Shown here: in pieces, positions 15,760 to 24,318 of the stretch | Layout of the letters: each line of letters opens with the position of its first letter | Position numbering within the stretch: the first letter of the stretch is position 1 | From: Ruminococcus albus 7 = DSM 20455 | Lineage (GTDB): Bacteria > Bacillota > Clostridia > Oscillospirales > Ruminococcaceae | Direction of reading: 5' to 3' | NCBI RefSeq assembly: GCF_000179635.2 | Contig: NC_014833.1 | Location: 2,100,001 to 2,132,000 of the forward strand | DNA: 32,000 bases | Notes under the pieces: generated by a model | What the model saw: the letters and a program-made list of their open reading frames with translations, nothing else | The model's database searches: none | What the model was told of the DNA's origin: nothing | Program-made: the position numbers and the translations under genes

Positions 15760-17253
15760 GTGGAACGGGTATATATTGCTATAGATTTAAAATCATTCTA
15801 TGCATCGGTAGAATGTATTCAGCGTGGGTATGATCCGCTGGATACTAATCTGGTGGTAGCTGATCCATCACGTACGGAGAAAACTATCTGTCTGGCGGTA
15901 ACTCCATCACTGAAATCCTATGGGATATCGGGCAGAGCAAGGCTGTTTGAAGTGGTTGAAAGTGTCAGAAAAGTCAATAGTTTACGCAGAAACCGTATAA
16001 AAGACGGCGTTTTTTCGGGTATCTCATTCTCGAATAAAGAACTGAAAACTGACCCGAAACTGGAACTGGGATATATCATCGCACCGCCGCATATGGCTAA
16101 ATATATGGAGATAAGCGCAAAAATATACAGCATATATTTAAAGTATATATCACCTGAGGATATTTTCGCATATTCGATAGATGAAGTATTTATAGATGCT
16201 ACTAGCTATCTTGCAATCTATAAGATCTCTCCGTGTGATCTTGCAACTATGCTGGTGCGAGATGTGCTTTCGGCAACAGGAATAACCGCAACAGCAGGTA
16301 TCGGTACTAATATGTACCTATGCAAAGTGGCGATGGATATTGTTGCAAAACGTATGCCGGCAGACAAGTATGGTGTACGTATTGCTTATCTGGATGAAAA
16401 GATATATCGTGAAACTCTCTGGGCACATACACCGATAACTGATTTCTGGCGTGTAGGCGGTGGTATAGCAAAGCGGCTTGAAAATCTTGGGATAAAGACA
16501 ATGGGTGATATTGCAAGACATTCCCTTGACAGGTGGCGAACAGAAAATATCTACAGGGAGTTAGGTAAAAACGCAGAACTTCTGATAGACCATGCATGGG
16601 GGATAGAAACTGCTACAATGGCCGATGTGAAGTCATACCGCCCGGAACTTAAAAGCTTGTCATCAGGTCAGGTGTTGCAAAAACCAACAGAGTATAATGA
16701 TGCTCATCTTATAATACGTGAGATGGCTGATGCACTTTCTCTCGATCTTGCAGAAAAGGGAATGATGACCGATCAGCTTGTACTTATGCTGGGATATGAT
16801 AAAGAAAGTCTTTCGGGCAGAAAATACAAAGGTGAGGTAGTATCTGATCATTATGGGCGTGCTATCCCTAAGCATTCGCGAGGCACTGTAAATCTAAGGC
16901 GTTTTACAGCTTCATCAAAGGAGATAACTGCTGCTGTAACAGAACTTTTTGAAAGTATCGCTGAACCAAAGCTGCTTTTTCGCAGGCTGAATATAGCTGC
17001 TTGTAATGTGGTGTATGAGGACGAGATAGCTGTATATGAGCACTGCGAACAGCTTGATATTTTCACAATTGCAGCAGATCAGCACGAAAATGAGGTGCGG
17101 GAAAAATCTTTTCAGAAGGAGAGAGCCATTCAGCAGGCTATGCTGAAAATCAAACACCGTTATGGCAAAAATGCAGTTTTAAGAGGCATGAACTATCTTG
17201 ACGGCGGTACAGCCCGTGAAAGAAACAGCACCATAGGTGGTCACAGAGCGTAA
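15760..17253 (+). CDS. Y-family (translesion) DNA polymerase, UvrX/YqjW/DinB-like
   Basis: 497 aa, GTG start. N-terminal IAIDLKSFYASVEC catalytic motif, SIDEVFID, and ATAGIGTNMYLCKVAMD. Confidence 0.9.
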   Translation: MERVYIAIDLKSFYASVECIQRGYDPLDTNLVVADPSRTEKTICLAVTPSLKSYGISGRARLFEVVESVRKVNSLRRNRIKDGVFSGISFSNKELKTDPKLELGYIIAPPHMAKYMEISAKIYSIYLKYISPEDIFAYSIDEVFIDATSYLAIYKISPCDLATMLVRDVLSATGITATAGIGTNMYLCKVAMDIVAKRMPADKYGVRIAYLDEKIYRETLWAHTPITDFWRVGGGIAKRLENLGIKTMGDIARHSLDRWRTENIYRELGKNAELLIDHAWGIETATMADVKSYRPELKSLSSGQVLQKPTEYNDAHLIIREMADALSLDLAEKGMMTDQLVLMLGYDKESLSGRKYKGEVVSDHYGRAIPKHSRGTVNLRRFTASSKEITAAVTELFESIAEPKLLFRRLNIAACNVVYEDEIAVYEHCEQLDIFTIAADQHENEVREKSFQKERAIQQAMLKIKHRYGKNAVLRGMNYLDGGTARERNSTIGGHRA

Positions 17254-17264
17254 GGAGCGTTCAG

Positions 17265-17672
17265 ATGTTTAATAATTACAGTGATATAAAGGATAAGACT
17301 CGTCCATATTATGCAGATCTGCCACAGATGTCGCTTCATGATCGTGCTGCACAGTTCGCACCATTTGCGGCATTGACGGGTTATGATGATGCTGTCAATG
17401 AAACAGCGAGGTTAACGAAAAGTCGACTCGAACTTGATGAGGACGGTATAAACAGGCTGAATACACAACTTTGCAGGCTTACAGATAAATTAGCTGAAAG
17501 ACCAGAGGTATCCGTTTTGTACTTTCTGCCCGATGGACGAAAAGCAGGTGGCAGTTACAACGTAAAAAGTGGGGCGGTACGTATCATAGATAACTATGAG
17601 AGTTGTCTTGTATTCATTGACGGAACAAGAATACCGATAGGCGATCTTTACAGTGTAGAATTTAAAGAGTGA
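17265..17672 (+). CDS. YolD-like protein (accessory partner of Y-family polymerases)
   Basis: 135 aa. DRAAQFAPFAALTGYDD matches the YolD-family core as I recall it. Lies immediately downstream of the polymerase, as in B. subtilis uvrX-yolD and yqjW-yqjX. AAGGAG RBS. Confidence 0.7.
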   Translation: MFNNYSDIKDKTRPYYADLPQMSLHDRAAQFAPFAALTGYDDAVNETARLTKSRLELDEDGINRLNTQLCRLTDKLAERPEVSVLYFLPDGRKAGGSYNVKSGAVRIIDNYESCLVFIDGTRIPIGDLYSVEFKE

Positions 17673-17705
17673 TATGAAATGCACTGAATCAGTCTGTTCA
17701 CAATG

Positions 17706-17750
17706 AAAAAAGCACACATACCCCGAAATACAGAGATATATGTGCTTTTG
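17706..17750. terminator. Bidirectional hairpin between the yolD-like gene and comFC
   Basis: AAAAGCACA...TGTGCTTTT arms around an approximately 20-nt loop. Confidence 0.55.
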
Positions 17751-17758
17751 TTAATATA

Positions 17759-18463
17759 TTACGGTATGATACTGTCCTTGTTGCTGCGATCTTTGTAAAC
17801 AGAAGAAACAGCAGCACTGCAGGCATATACTTTTTTGGCACCCATTGATCTTAGCTGTGCAGCACACGCTCTGATCGTTGAACCTGTGGTTATTACATCA
17901 TCGCAGATAAGGATAGTTTTGCCTTTTATATCACGGTGCTTTTTTGCAGCTGAATAAACATCCTCTGCATGAATGCGCCGTTCATCTCGTTCTAGTTTAT
18001 GTTGTTCGGTATGATCCATTTTTCGGCTAAGCAGATGAAGATCAGTTGGTTTACCGAGTTTATCTGCTGTAAAGCGAGCTATAAGTTCCGCTTGATCTCT
18101 GCCGCGGACGATCTTTTTACTGATATGCATTGGTACAGAAGTCACAATATCAATAGATGATGATATATCTCTTTTTTGGAGTTTTTCAGCAATAAACCCT
18201 GCACAAAGTTCAGCAAAATTAAACACAGCGCCGCCGTGTTTAAGCTTATAGATCAGTCCTACAATATCATCTTCATAATAAAAAACGCCAACAGCACCAT
18301 TGGTATTTTCAATCAGTATAAGTCCGTCAAAAGTGTCCGGAACATTTTCGCTGCATTCATTACAAAGCAGACGATCCCATTTAATGACCTTTTCACAGAA
18401 CGCACAGGTATTAGGCATGATGATATCCGCAAAATATTTGTATCCCGATCTTGCTGCAAGCAT
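17759..18463 (-). CDS. comFC: ComF-family protein (double zinc ribbon + phosphoribosyltransferase fold)
   Basis: CAFCEKVI..CNEC N-terminal zinc ribbon and the PRTase motif ILICDDVITTGSTI. GAGGTG RBS. Confidence 0.85.
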   Translation of the reverse strand: MLAARSGYKYFADIIMPNTCAFCEKVIKWDRLLCNECSENVPDTFDGLILIENTNGAVGVFYYEDDIVGLIYKLKHGGAVFNFAELCAGFIAEKLQKRDISSSIDIVTSVPMHISKKIVRGRDQAELIARFTADKLGKPTDLHLLSRKMDHTEQHKLERDERRIHAEDVYSAAKKHRDIKGKTILICDDVITTGSTIRACAAQLRSMGAKKVYACSAAVSSVYKDRSNKDSIIP

Positions 18464-18522
18464 AGCACCACCTCAACAAAAAGCTCCGCCTTTATGTGAC
18501 GGAGCTGAATTGCAATACATTA

Positions 18523-19875
18523 TCACAGATAAGTACCGTAATCGGCATTCTCCTTGCTGATAGCCTCGATCTCATCATTGATATCACTGACTACCTTGCC
18601 TGCCTTATCCTTTTCATCAATAAGAACAAGCAGCTTTGCCTGCATATCCTCGATCTCTTTCTTCATAGCCTCGACCTTAGTATTGCAGTCAAAAGCGTCG
18701 TTCTCTGCATCAGTTTTTTTAGATTTTAGTTCCTCGATCTTTTTATTGTTGATCGCGATCTGCTCCTGTGCAAACTGCTTCATTTTCTCCAAAGCGCTCA
18801 TGCCCGGATAAACCTCCTTTATATCCTCGGAAACATTATCCTCGGTTTTATTTTCATATCCGATCTCAGGGATATCTTCAACTGGTTCAGGTGCCTTTGT
18901 AAGTTCCTTTTCAAGTTCTTCGGGAGTAACCGATTCAATAGATGGTATCTCAAGTATCTCATCCATCTCGGGTTCTTCAGGCACATCATTTATAAGGCTG
19001 ACTTTGTGATCCTCACCGGATTTGCCGCTGTCATTTTCATCATCATCTGGGAGCAGACTAACCCTATGCTCCTCGGTCTCATCCTTCTCGATGATCGGAG
19101 AAAGATTTGCCTCTTCAACAGCCTTTTTAAGCAGCGCAGCTTCATCAATGACCTCAGAAGCTGTCTCAACCGGAGTATCGACAACAGGTTCTTCAACTGG
19201 TTTCTCCACAGCAGCAGGTTCATTATTAAACAAGCCGTAGGATGCCGAAACAGGTTTAGGATCATCACGCTTTGAATATGTAGGTGGAGTGTATTTAGGT
19301 CTTACGGGCTTGGGCTGTTCAGTTTCAAGACCTGTTGCAAAATTGCTGAACTTGTTGTCAGTAGGTTCTTCCTTGACCGGTGCAGGTTCTGCTTTCTTGT
19401 GAGCCTCAACTCTTCTGAAATGTTCATCCATAACATCACGGACAGCAAGAATATCAGCTTTATCTTTATTGAAGAACTCAGCTATATCGTTTACATTTCT
19501 GCCGTCTTTGAGCATCTTGGCGATACCTTCGGTATGCTTGTCGAGAAAACCTTCGTCATCCATATCAAGATTAATAGTGATCTTACCAGGATGATCATCC
19601 TTTTCTTTAGAATTTCTCTTCAGAAAAGGTACACCCGGGAACTTGCTTTTTGAAGTCTTATCCTTATCTTCAAGAGAAGAACGATCTATCTGGGGCTGTA
19701 CATATGTCTGATATTCGGGGAAATACTTTTCAACTATTCCGATAACATTAGCCTTCGGTATATTATTCATAGATCTGGATATATCTTCAAAACTATACCC
19801 CTCTTTATACAAACGTACGATCTTTTCATTTGTGCTTTCTTCCTTCTTCTTAGACAAAACAATCAATCCTTCCAT
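18523..19875 (-). CDS. Hypothetical acidic protein: two HTH-like repeats, Pro/Glu-rich linker, C-terminal coiled coil
   Basis: Internal repeat EKIVRLYKEGYSFEDIS / EGIAKMLKDGRNVNDIA. Long E/P/D-rich middle and a heptad-like C-terminus. Start is ambiguous: ATG at 19917 or 19875, or a TTG near 19857 that follows GGAAGGA. Confidence 0.5.
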   Translation of the reverse strand: MEGLIVLSKKKEESTNEKIVRLYKEGYSFEDISRSMNNIPKANVIGIVEKYFPEYQTYVQPQIDRSSLEDKDKTSKSKFPGVPFLKRNSKEKDDHPGKITINLDMDDEGFLDKHTEGIAKMLKDGRNVNDIAEFFNKDKADILAVRDVMDEHFRRVEAHKKAEPAPVKEEPTDNKFSNFATGLETEQPKPVRPKYTPPTYSKRDDPKPVSASYGLFNNEPAAVEKPVEEPVVDTPVETASEVIDEAALLKKAVEEANLSPIIEKDETEEHRVSLLPDDDENDSGKSGEDHKVSLINDVPEEPEMDEILEIPSIESVTPEELEKELTKAPEPVEDIPEIGYENKTEDNVSEDIKEVYPGMSALEKMKQFAQEQIAINNKKIEELKSKKTDAENDAFDCNTKVEAMKKEIEDMQAKLLVLIDEKDKAGKVVSDINDEIEAISKENADYGTYL

Positions 19876-19947
19876 GCATATTCCGGTACCTAAGTTGTTG
19901 ATGCAATAATACATCATAGAAAAGTACCATTAGTATTGCTCTTATAT

Positions 19948-19976
19948 ATTATACAATATTTGAACTAAAAAGTCAA
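19948..19976 (-). promoter_or_regulatory. sigmaA-type promoter TTGACT-17-TATAAT (minus strand) for the 18523..19875 gene
   Basis: The reverse complement reads tgtaTTGACTttttagttcaaatattgTATAATata. Confidence 0.65.
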
Positions 19977-20076
19977 TACAATTTGTCGAAATTCCTAACA
20001 ATATTTAAACTATTTTTCATCATGCAATATATTTATGATTGTGAAAAACATAATATAAATATTTGACAAAAGTACA

Positions 20077-20688
20077 CTAAATGGCTCGTGCATTTTTTAC
20101 AAAGGAAAAAATTTTCTCTCTGTCTTTGCCTATCCCGGACACCTTTTCAACTCCTGATGAAACATCCACGCAATCCGGATTTACACGCTTTACTGCATTA
20201 AAAACATTTTCTGGAGTCAAGCCTCCTGCCAGTATGAACATTTTACCGTCACGCGGAAGATCATCGAGCAGTCTCCAATCAAAACATTTTCCGCTGCCAT
20301 ATTCAGCAGCATCAAAAACATATCCGCATACTTTATCAAGAGCGGAATACTTATTGAATCCGTCGATATCTGTTACATTAAATGCTTTTATTATCGGAAT
20401 CGCTGCCTCATTATAAGCTTCATCTGAGAGATCTCCGTGTACTTGCAGGATATCAAAGCCCGCATCGTTGATATCTCGTACCTGTTCAGCAGTAGGAGAC
20501 ACCGTAACTGCACATTTTTTGATCTCTTCCGAAAGAGAGCCCATTATTTCCTGAGCTTTTTTTATAGTAATATTTCTTTTGCTTTTAGGAAAAAACAACA
20601 CCATTCCGGCCATGTCTGCGCCGCTTTCAGATACGTTTACTGCATCTTCTGCGCTAACAAGACCGCATATTTTTACTTTTACAGACAT
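20077..20688 (-). CDS. trpF: Phosphoribosylanthranilate isomerase (stand-alone)
   Basis: 203 aa. KICGL N-terminus, FDW, ILAGGLTPENV and VDVSSGVE motifs. Confidence 0.9.
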   Translation of the reverse strand: MSVKVKICGLVSAEDAVNVSESGADMAGMVLFFPKSKRNITIKKAQEIMGSLSEEIKKCAVTVSPTAEQVRDINDAGFDILQVHGDLSDEAYNEAAIPIIKAFNVTDIDGFNKYSALDKVCGYVFDAAEYGSGKCFDWRLLDDLPRDGKMFILAGGLTPENVFNAVKRVNPDCVDVSSGVEKVSGIGKDREKIFSFVKNARAI

Positions 20689-20734
20689 ATTTTACACCGT
20701 CCCAACGCACTGTTTGGTTCATTCTTCGTTAACT

Positions 20735-20763
20735 ATTATAGCATACTTAATTAGCAATTTCAA
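20735..20763 (-). promoter_or_regulatory. sigmaA-type promoter TTGAAA-17-TATAAT (extended TGc) for trpF
   Basis: The reverse complement reads cTTGAAAttgctaattaagtatgcTATAATag. Confidence 0.55.
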
Positions 20764-20823
20764 GATTATTTAAGAATAATCTACAATTATACAAATTAAT
20801 ATTTTGTAAACTGAATTCAAATA

Positions 20824-20868
20824 GCATAGTTAATGTTTTATGATATGTTATAATAATGTTAACTATGC
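20824..20868. repeat. Perfect 10-bp inverted repeat GCATAGTTAA-N25-TTAACTATGC
   Basis: Arms at 20824-20833 and 20859-20868. The loop contains TGTTATAAT. Confidence 0.6.
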
Positions 20869-21039
20869 AAATTTTATTATCTCTGATATCAAAATAGTAC
20901 TATATGCAATAATAAATAGGTTTCAATCGTTTAGCTTTGTACAAAAAGTAAAAACATTCGATTAATTTTTGCTTGGCATTGTAATATTCTTAGAATTTTT
21001 AACATAACTCTTGATTTTTATTTACTTTAATGTATAATT

Positions 21040-22755
21040 ATGTTAAGGATTGGAATTGGTTTACGTAGTAATAATAGTGTTGGATATCGGGGTGATAATT
21101 TGAACGACAAATTTAATCTTATCAAACAGTCCTTCAAAATAGTAGATTCTATGTCTAATTTTGATGAGGACACCATCCGTAATGCTGTAAAACCTATTGC
21201 AGAGTATTATAAGGCTGCAGCGTTAACTATTGAAGTTCCTTTAAAAACGGGAAGCAGACAACTGTTTTATCTTTATGGTGACAGTTCTGCCTGTATCGGA
21301 TGTGATCAGATCGTGACCTACGAAGGTGATCCTTCCGCAGGAGGTAAGACCATAATCACGTGGATATGCAACAAAGACCATATATGGAGAGATGAGGATA
21401 TCGACGATATCAATTATATCAGCAGGAGTGCCTGTACGCTCTCTGAAAAGTTAAGACTCGGAGCAATGGCGAGCAGTTACTATTATATGGATACAATAAC
21501 CGGTGTAAGTAATACCAATGGTCTTATTAGATTTGTGAGCAAGCTGATAAGACGCGGTGTATTTGATAATTATGGTTGTGCTTTCCTGAATATCATCGGG
21601 TTTAACTACGTAAATAAAAAGGTTGGTTTTAAAACCGGTACAAAAGTATTGAAGCATTATGCTGCCAAATTGAGAGAAGTATTCTGTAATGATGAGATCG
21701 TATCCAGACCGGGTGGAGATAATTTTGTAATTATTTTCAGAAAAGAAAATATCGATAAGCTAAAAAAGGTAGTCGACGGTTTAACTGTAAAAACAAGAGT
21801 CAATTCTGTCACTATAAGATTTGATCTGTCAGCCAGAGCAGGGATCTATATGGTGAATTCTTATGATAGGGCATTTGATAAGGTAATGGCATACTTGTCT
21901 AACTGTATAAACTATGCCAAGACTTATTCTCGCAAAAAAATAGAATACTATACCAAGGATATTGAAAACAAGGTCATAGAGCATAAGGAATTCTGTCAGA
22001 AGTTCAGAAAAGCTTTAGAAAAGAACGAGTTTTATGTAGTTTACCAACCAAAGGTATATACAAAGAATAATACACTTTATGGTGCAGAGGCGCTTGTAAG
22101 GTGGTATAATGACGGCAAGACCATATACCCGGGTGAATTTGTAGAGATATTTGAGAAAGAACATCTTATATCCGATCTTGATTTCTATGTTCTGGAACAG
22201 ACCTGTAAAACCATACGTGGATGGTTGGACAGCGGACTTAATCCGGTGACTATATCTGTTAATTTTTCAAATGACCATCTTGGGGATGATGAGCTGGTTG
22301 AACATATTATCGCTATAGTTGATAAATATGGTATTGATCATCACCTTATCGAAATTGAGATGACAGAGACTGTTGATGTTTATGAGATCAGTAAGCTGTT
22401 GGAATACGTTGACGGTCTTCACAAGAATGGTTTTACTGTGGCGATAGATGATTTCGGCATAGGCTATTCATCTTTGTTGATGCTGCAGAGCATATCAGTG
22501 GATGTTCTGAAAATAGACAAAGCTTTCATAGCTGAAGTAACAGGAGATCCGGAAAAACGGGAGAATGTCATTCTTCGCCATATTATCAATATGTCAGAAG
22601 AACTCGGTGTCGAGATAGTAGCAGAGGGAGTTGAAACGAACGAACAGCGGAATAATCTCACTGGCATGAACTGTCACAGGATACAGGGCTATTTCTATGA
22701 CAAACCTCTTTCTTCAGATGCTTTTCTTGAAAGACTATCTGTAAAAACATATTGA
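21040..22755 (+). CDS. c-di-GMP phosphodiesterase: unknown N-terminal domain + degenerate GGDEF (GGDNF) + EAL
   Basis: RPGGDNFVIIF replaces GGDEF. EAL-domain motifs EALVRW, DDFGIGYSS, KIDKAFI, EGVE and QGYFYDKP are intact. True start is uncertain; a TTG at about 21100 follows GGGGTGA. Confidence 0.85.
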   Translation: MLRIGIGLRSNNSVGYRGDNLNDKFNLIKQSFKIVDSMSNFDEDTIRNAVKPIAEYYKAAALTIEVPLKTGSRQLFYLYGDSSACIGCDQIVTYEGDPSAGGKTIITWICNKDHIWRDEDIDDINYISRSACTLSEKLRLGAMASSYYYMDTITGVSNTNGLIRFVSKLIRRGVFDNYGCAFLNIIGFNYVNKKVGFKTGTKVLKHYAAKLREVFCNDEIVSRPGGDNFVIIFRKENIDKLKKVVDGLTVKTRVNSVTIRFDLSARAGIYMVNSYDRAFDKVMAYLSNCINYAKTYSRKKIEYYTKDIENKVIEHKEFCQKFRKALEKNEFYVVYQPKVYTKNNTLYGAEALVRWYNDGKTIYPGEFVEIFEKEHLISDLDFYVLEQTCKTIRGWLDSGLNPVTISVNFSNDHLGDDELVEHIIAIVDKYGIDHHLIEIEMTETVDVYEISKLLEYVDGLHKNGFTVAIDDFGIGYSSLLMLQSISVDVLKIDKAFIAEVTGDPEKRENVILRHIINMSEELGVEIVAEGVETNEQRNNLTGMNCHRIQGYFYDKPLSSDAFLERLSVKTY

Positions 22756-22778
22756 CAATCAGCCTTATAAATTATTAA

Positions 22779-22825
22779 ACAGCCTCGAGAATGGCATTTT
22801 GCTGTTCTCGTGGCTGTTTTATTTT
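22779..22825. terminator. Hairpin terminator between the convergent EAL gene and GNAT gene
   Basis: ACAGCCTCGAGAA pairs with TTCTCGTGGCTGT (13-bp stem, one mismatch), followed by TTTTATTTT. Confidence 0.8.
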
Positions 22826-22846
22826 AGATATGGCTGAAGTGTAATA

Positions 22847-23422
22847 CTAACGAATAATACTTGATGCCGGTATGATACTATGGTCAATAGCATCATGTTC
22901 TGCTATCATTTTCTCCAACCATACCATGTCGTACCAACGTCCGAACTTGTATCCGCATTTATGGAACCTGCCTGCCATGGTATATCCTATGTGAGTATGA
23001 AAATCCATGCTGTTATGATCTAGGTACTCATCATCTTCGTCTGCCGGTATTCCGATACAGGCATAAAGATTGGTTATCCCCATACTTTTTAATATAGCTT
23101 CAAGTTCGGTGTAAAGTAGTTTGCCTATACCCTCTTTATGATGGCTTCTGTGAGTATAAACAGTGACCTCCACTGAATAGTCATAGGCTGCCCGGTCCTT
23201 GAATACCCCTGCGTATGCATAGCCTAAGATTATGCCGTCTTTAACAGCGGCTATATATGGGTATTTTTTGAGTGTATGGCGTATTCGTTCCTGAAACTCA
23301 GGAATTGTAGGAACATCATATTCAAATGTTATTGCTGTATTTTCTACATAATATGAATATATGTCTAAAAGCTGTTTTGCATCAGATTCAGTCACAGGTC
23401 GGATAGTTATATTATTTTTCAT
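22847..23422 (-). CDS. GNAT N-acetyltransferase (phosphinothricin-acetyltransferase-like)
   Basis: ITIRPVTESDAKQLLDIYSYYVENTAITFE is PAT-like, with HHKEGIGKLL. Start at MKNNITI (23422) overlaps the upstream stop by 11 nt. Confidence 0.75.
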   Translation of the reverse strand: MKNNITIRPVTESDAKQLLDIYSYYVENTAITFEYDVPTIPEFQERIRHTLKKYPYIAAVKDGIILGYAYAGVFKDRAAYDYSVEVTVYTHRSHHKEGIGKLLYTELEAILKSMGITNLYACIGIPADEDDEYLDHNSMDFHTHIGYTMAGRFHKCGYKFGRWYDMVWLEKMIAEHDAIDHSIIPASSIIR

Positions 23423-23915
23423 CAAGAAACATCTCCATATCATAGTTTATCATATTTCCTATGGTCGACCGTGAGACCCCTCTTTTCGTAAATCCAAGGC
23501 TCTCATAGAATCCAATCAATGCTTCCTTGCAGGTGAGAGATATATGCTTTTTGCAAGATGATCTTGCGGCATTTATCATATTATCCATAAGCAGGTGAGC
23601 TACTCTCGTATGTCTGAAGTCGGGATGAACAGCAAGACCGTAGATAAGCAGATTTTCTCCGTTTTCGTCATAACCGCCGTCACTCCCGTAAAGGTCATCG
23701 GTTATATATAGTTTATTTGAACTGCTGCCATTTATAAGTCCTACAATCTTTCCGCTTTTCTCTGCTTTGAAAAACCATTGCGGAAATTTTCTCAGTCTGT
23801 ATTCAAATGCTTCCAGGGATGCAGCCTTTTGCGGTGGGAATGACATTACTTCGATTTCATGAAGCTGCGCCGCATCATTTATATCTGCCTGTATTATATT
23901 TATTTTCTCTGACAT
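23412..23915 (-). CDS. GNAT N-acetyltransferase
   Basis: 167 aa. LAVHPDFRHTRVAHLLM acetyl-CoA-binding region and YESLGF. GGAGG RBS 7 nt upstream. Confidence 0.75.
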   Translation of the reverse strand: MSEKINIIQADINDAAQLHEIEVMSFPPQKAASLEAFEYRLRKFPQWFFKAEKSGKIVGLINGSSSNKLYITDDLYGSDGGYDENGENLLIYGLAVHPDFRHTRVAHLLMDNMINAARSSCKKHISLTCKEALIGFYESLGFTKRGVSRSTIGNMINYDMEMFLDEK

Positions 23916-23983
23916 AGTTTACCTCCAATGATGATACTTCGTTTTAAAATAATGTATCACCATTATTATTTTATGTCAATAAC

Positions 23984-23997
23984 TGATAACGTTGTCG
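23984..23997. promoter_or_regulatory. cre/LacI-type operator-like box 1, TGATAACGTTGTCG
   Basis: Shares TGATAACGT with boxes 2 and 3. Central CG. Confidence 0.35.
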
Positions 23998-24068
23998 CGC
24001 TTGCGTGTTCTTTAATGGTTTTCTTTTGATGCAGAAATCTTAATGCGCTGAAATTACAGCTTTTTGTA

Positions 24069-24082
24069 TGATAACGTCATCA
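24069..24082. promoter_or_regulatory. cre/LacI-type operator-like box 2, TGATAACGTCATCA
   Basis: Near-palindrome; its reverse complement is TGATGACGTTATCA. Confidence 0.4.
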
Positions 24083-24203
24083 TATATAGGCTAAAAGGAT
24101 AGGCGTTTAGCACATGAAAGCTGGATTATCAGCTTTAATTTCATTATTTGAACAGGGACAATTTACAACTTGTTTTCAAAGTTATCATTTCCGTCATTGG
24201 CAG

Positions 24204-24217
24204 TGATAACGTTATCT
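24204..24217. promoter_or_regulatory. cre/LacI-type operator-like box 3, TGATAACGTTATCT
   Basis: Contains the perfect 12-bp palindrome GATAACGTTATC. Ends 11 nt upstream of the metN -35. Confidence 0.45.
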
Positions 24218-24227
24218 TATTTGTAGA

Positions 24228-24256
24228 TTGATTATGACGTTTTTTTGTGATATAAA
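24228..24256 (+). promoter_or_regulatory. sigmaA-type promoter TTGATT-17-TATAAA (extended TGa) for metNIQ
   Basis: -35 at 24228-24233, -10 at 24251-24256. This leaves a leader of only about 55 nt. Confidence 0.55.
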
Positions 24257-24318
24257 TATATTCAATGAAACAAGCGATGCTTATAGCAACAGTTTATTAA
24301 AGCTGTGAGCAAGGAGGT

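Noticed and set aside
23916-24318. Expected S-box (SAM-I) or Met T-box leader upstream of metNIQ
   Set aside because: I found no CTTATCAAGAG..GGCCC..GCAACC S-box core and no AATTAGGGTGGTACCGCG-like T-box sequence. The predicted promoter leaves only about 55 nt of leader. This needs cmscan to be definitive.
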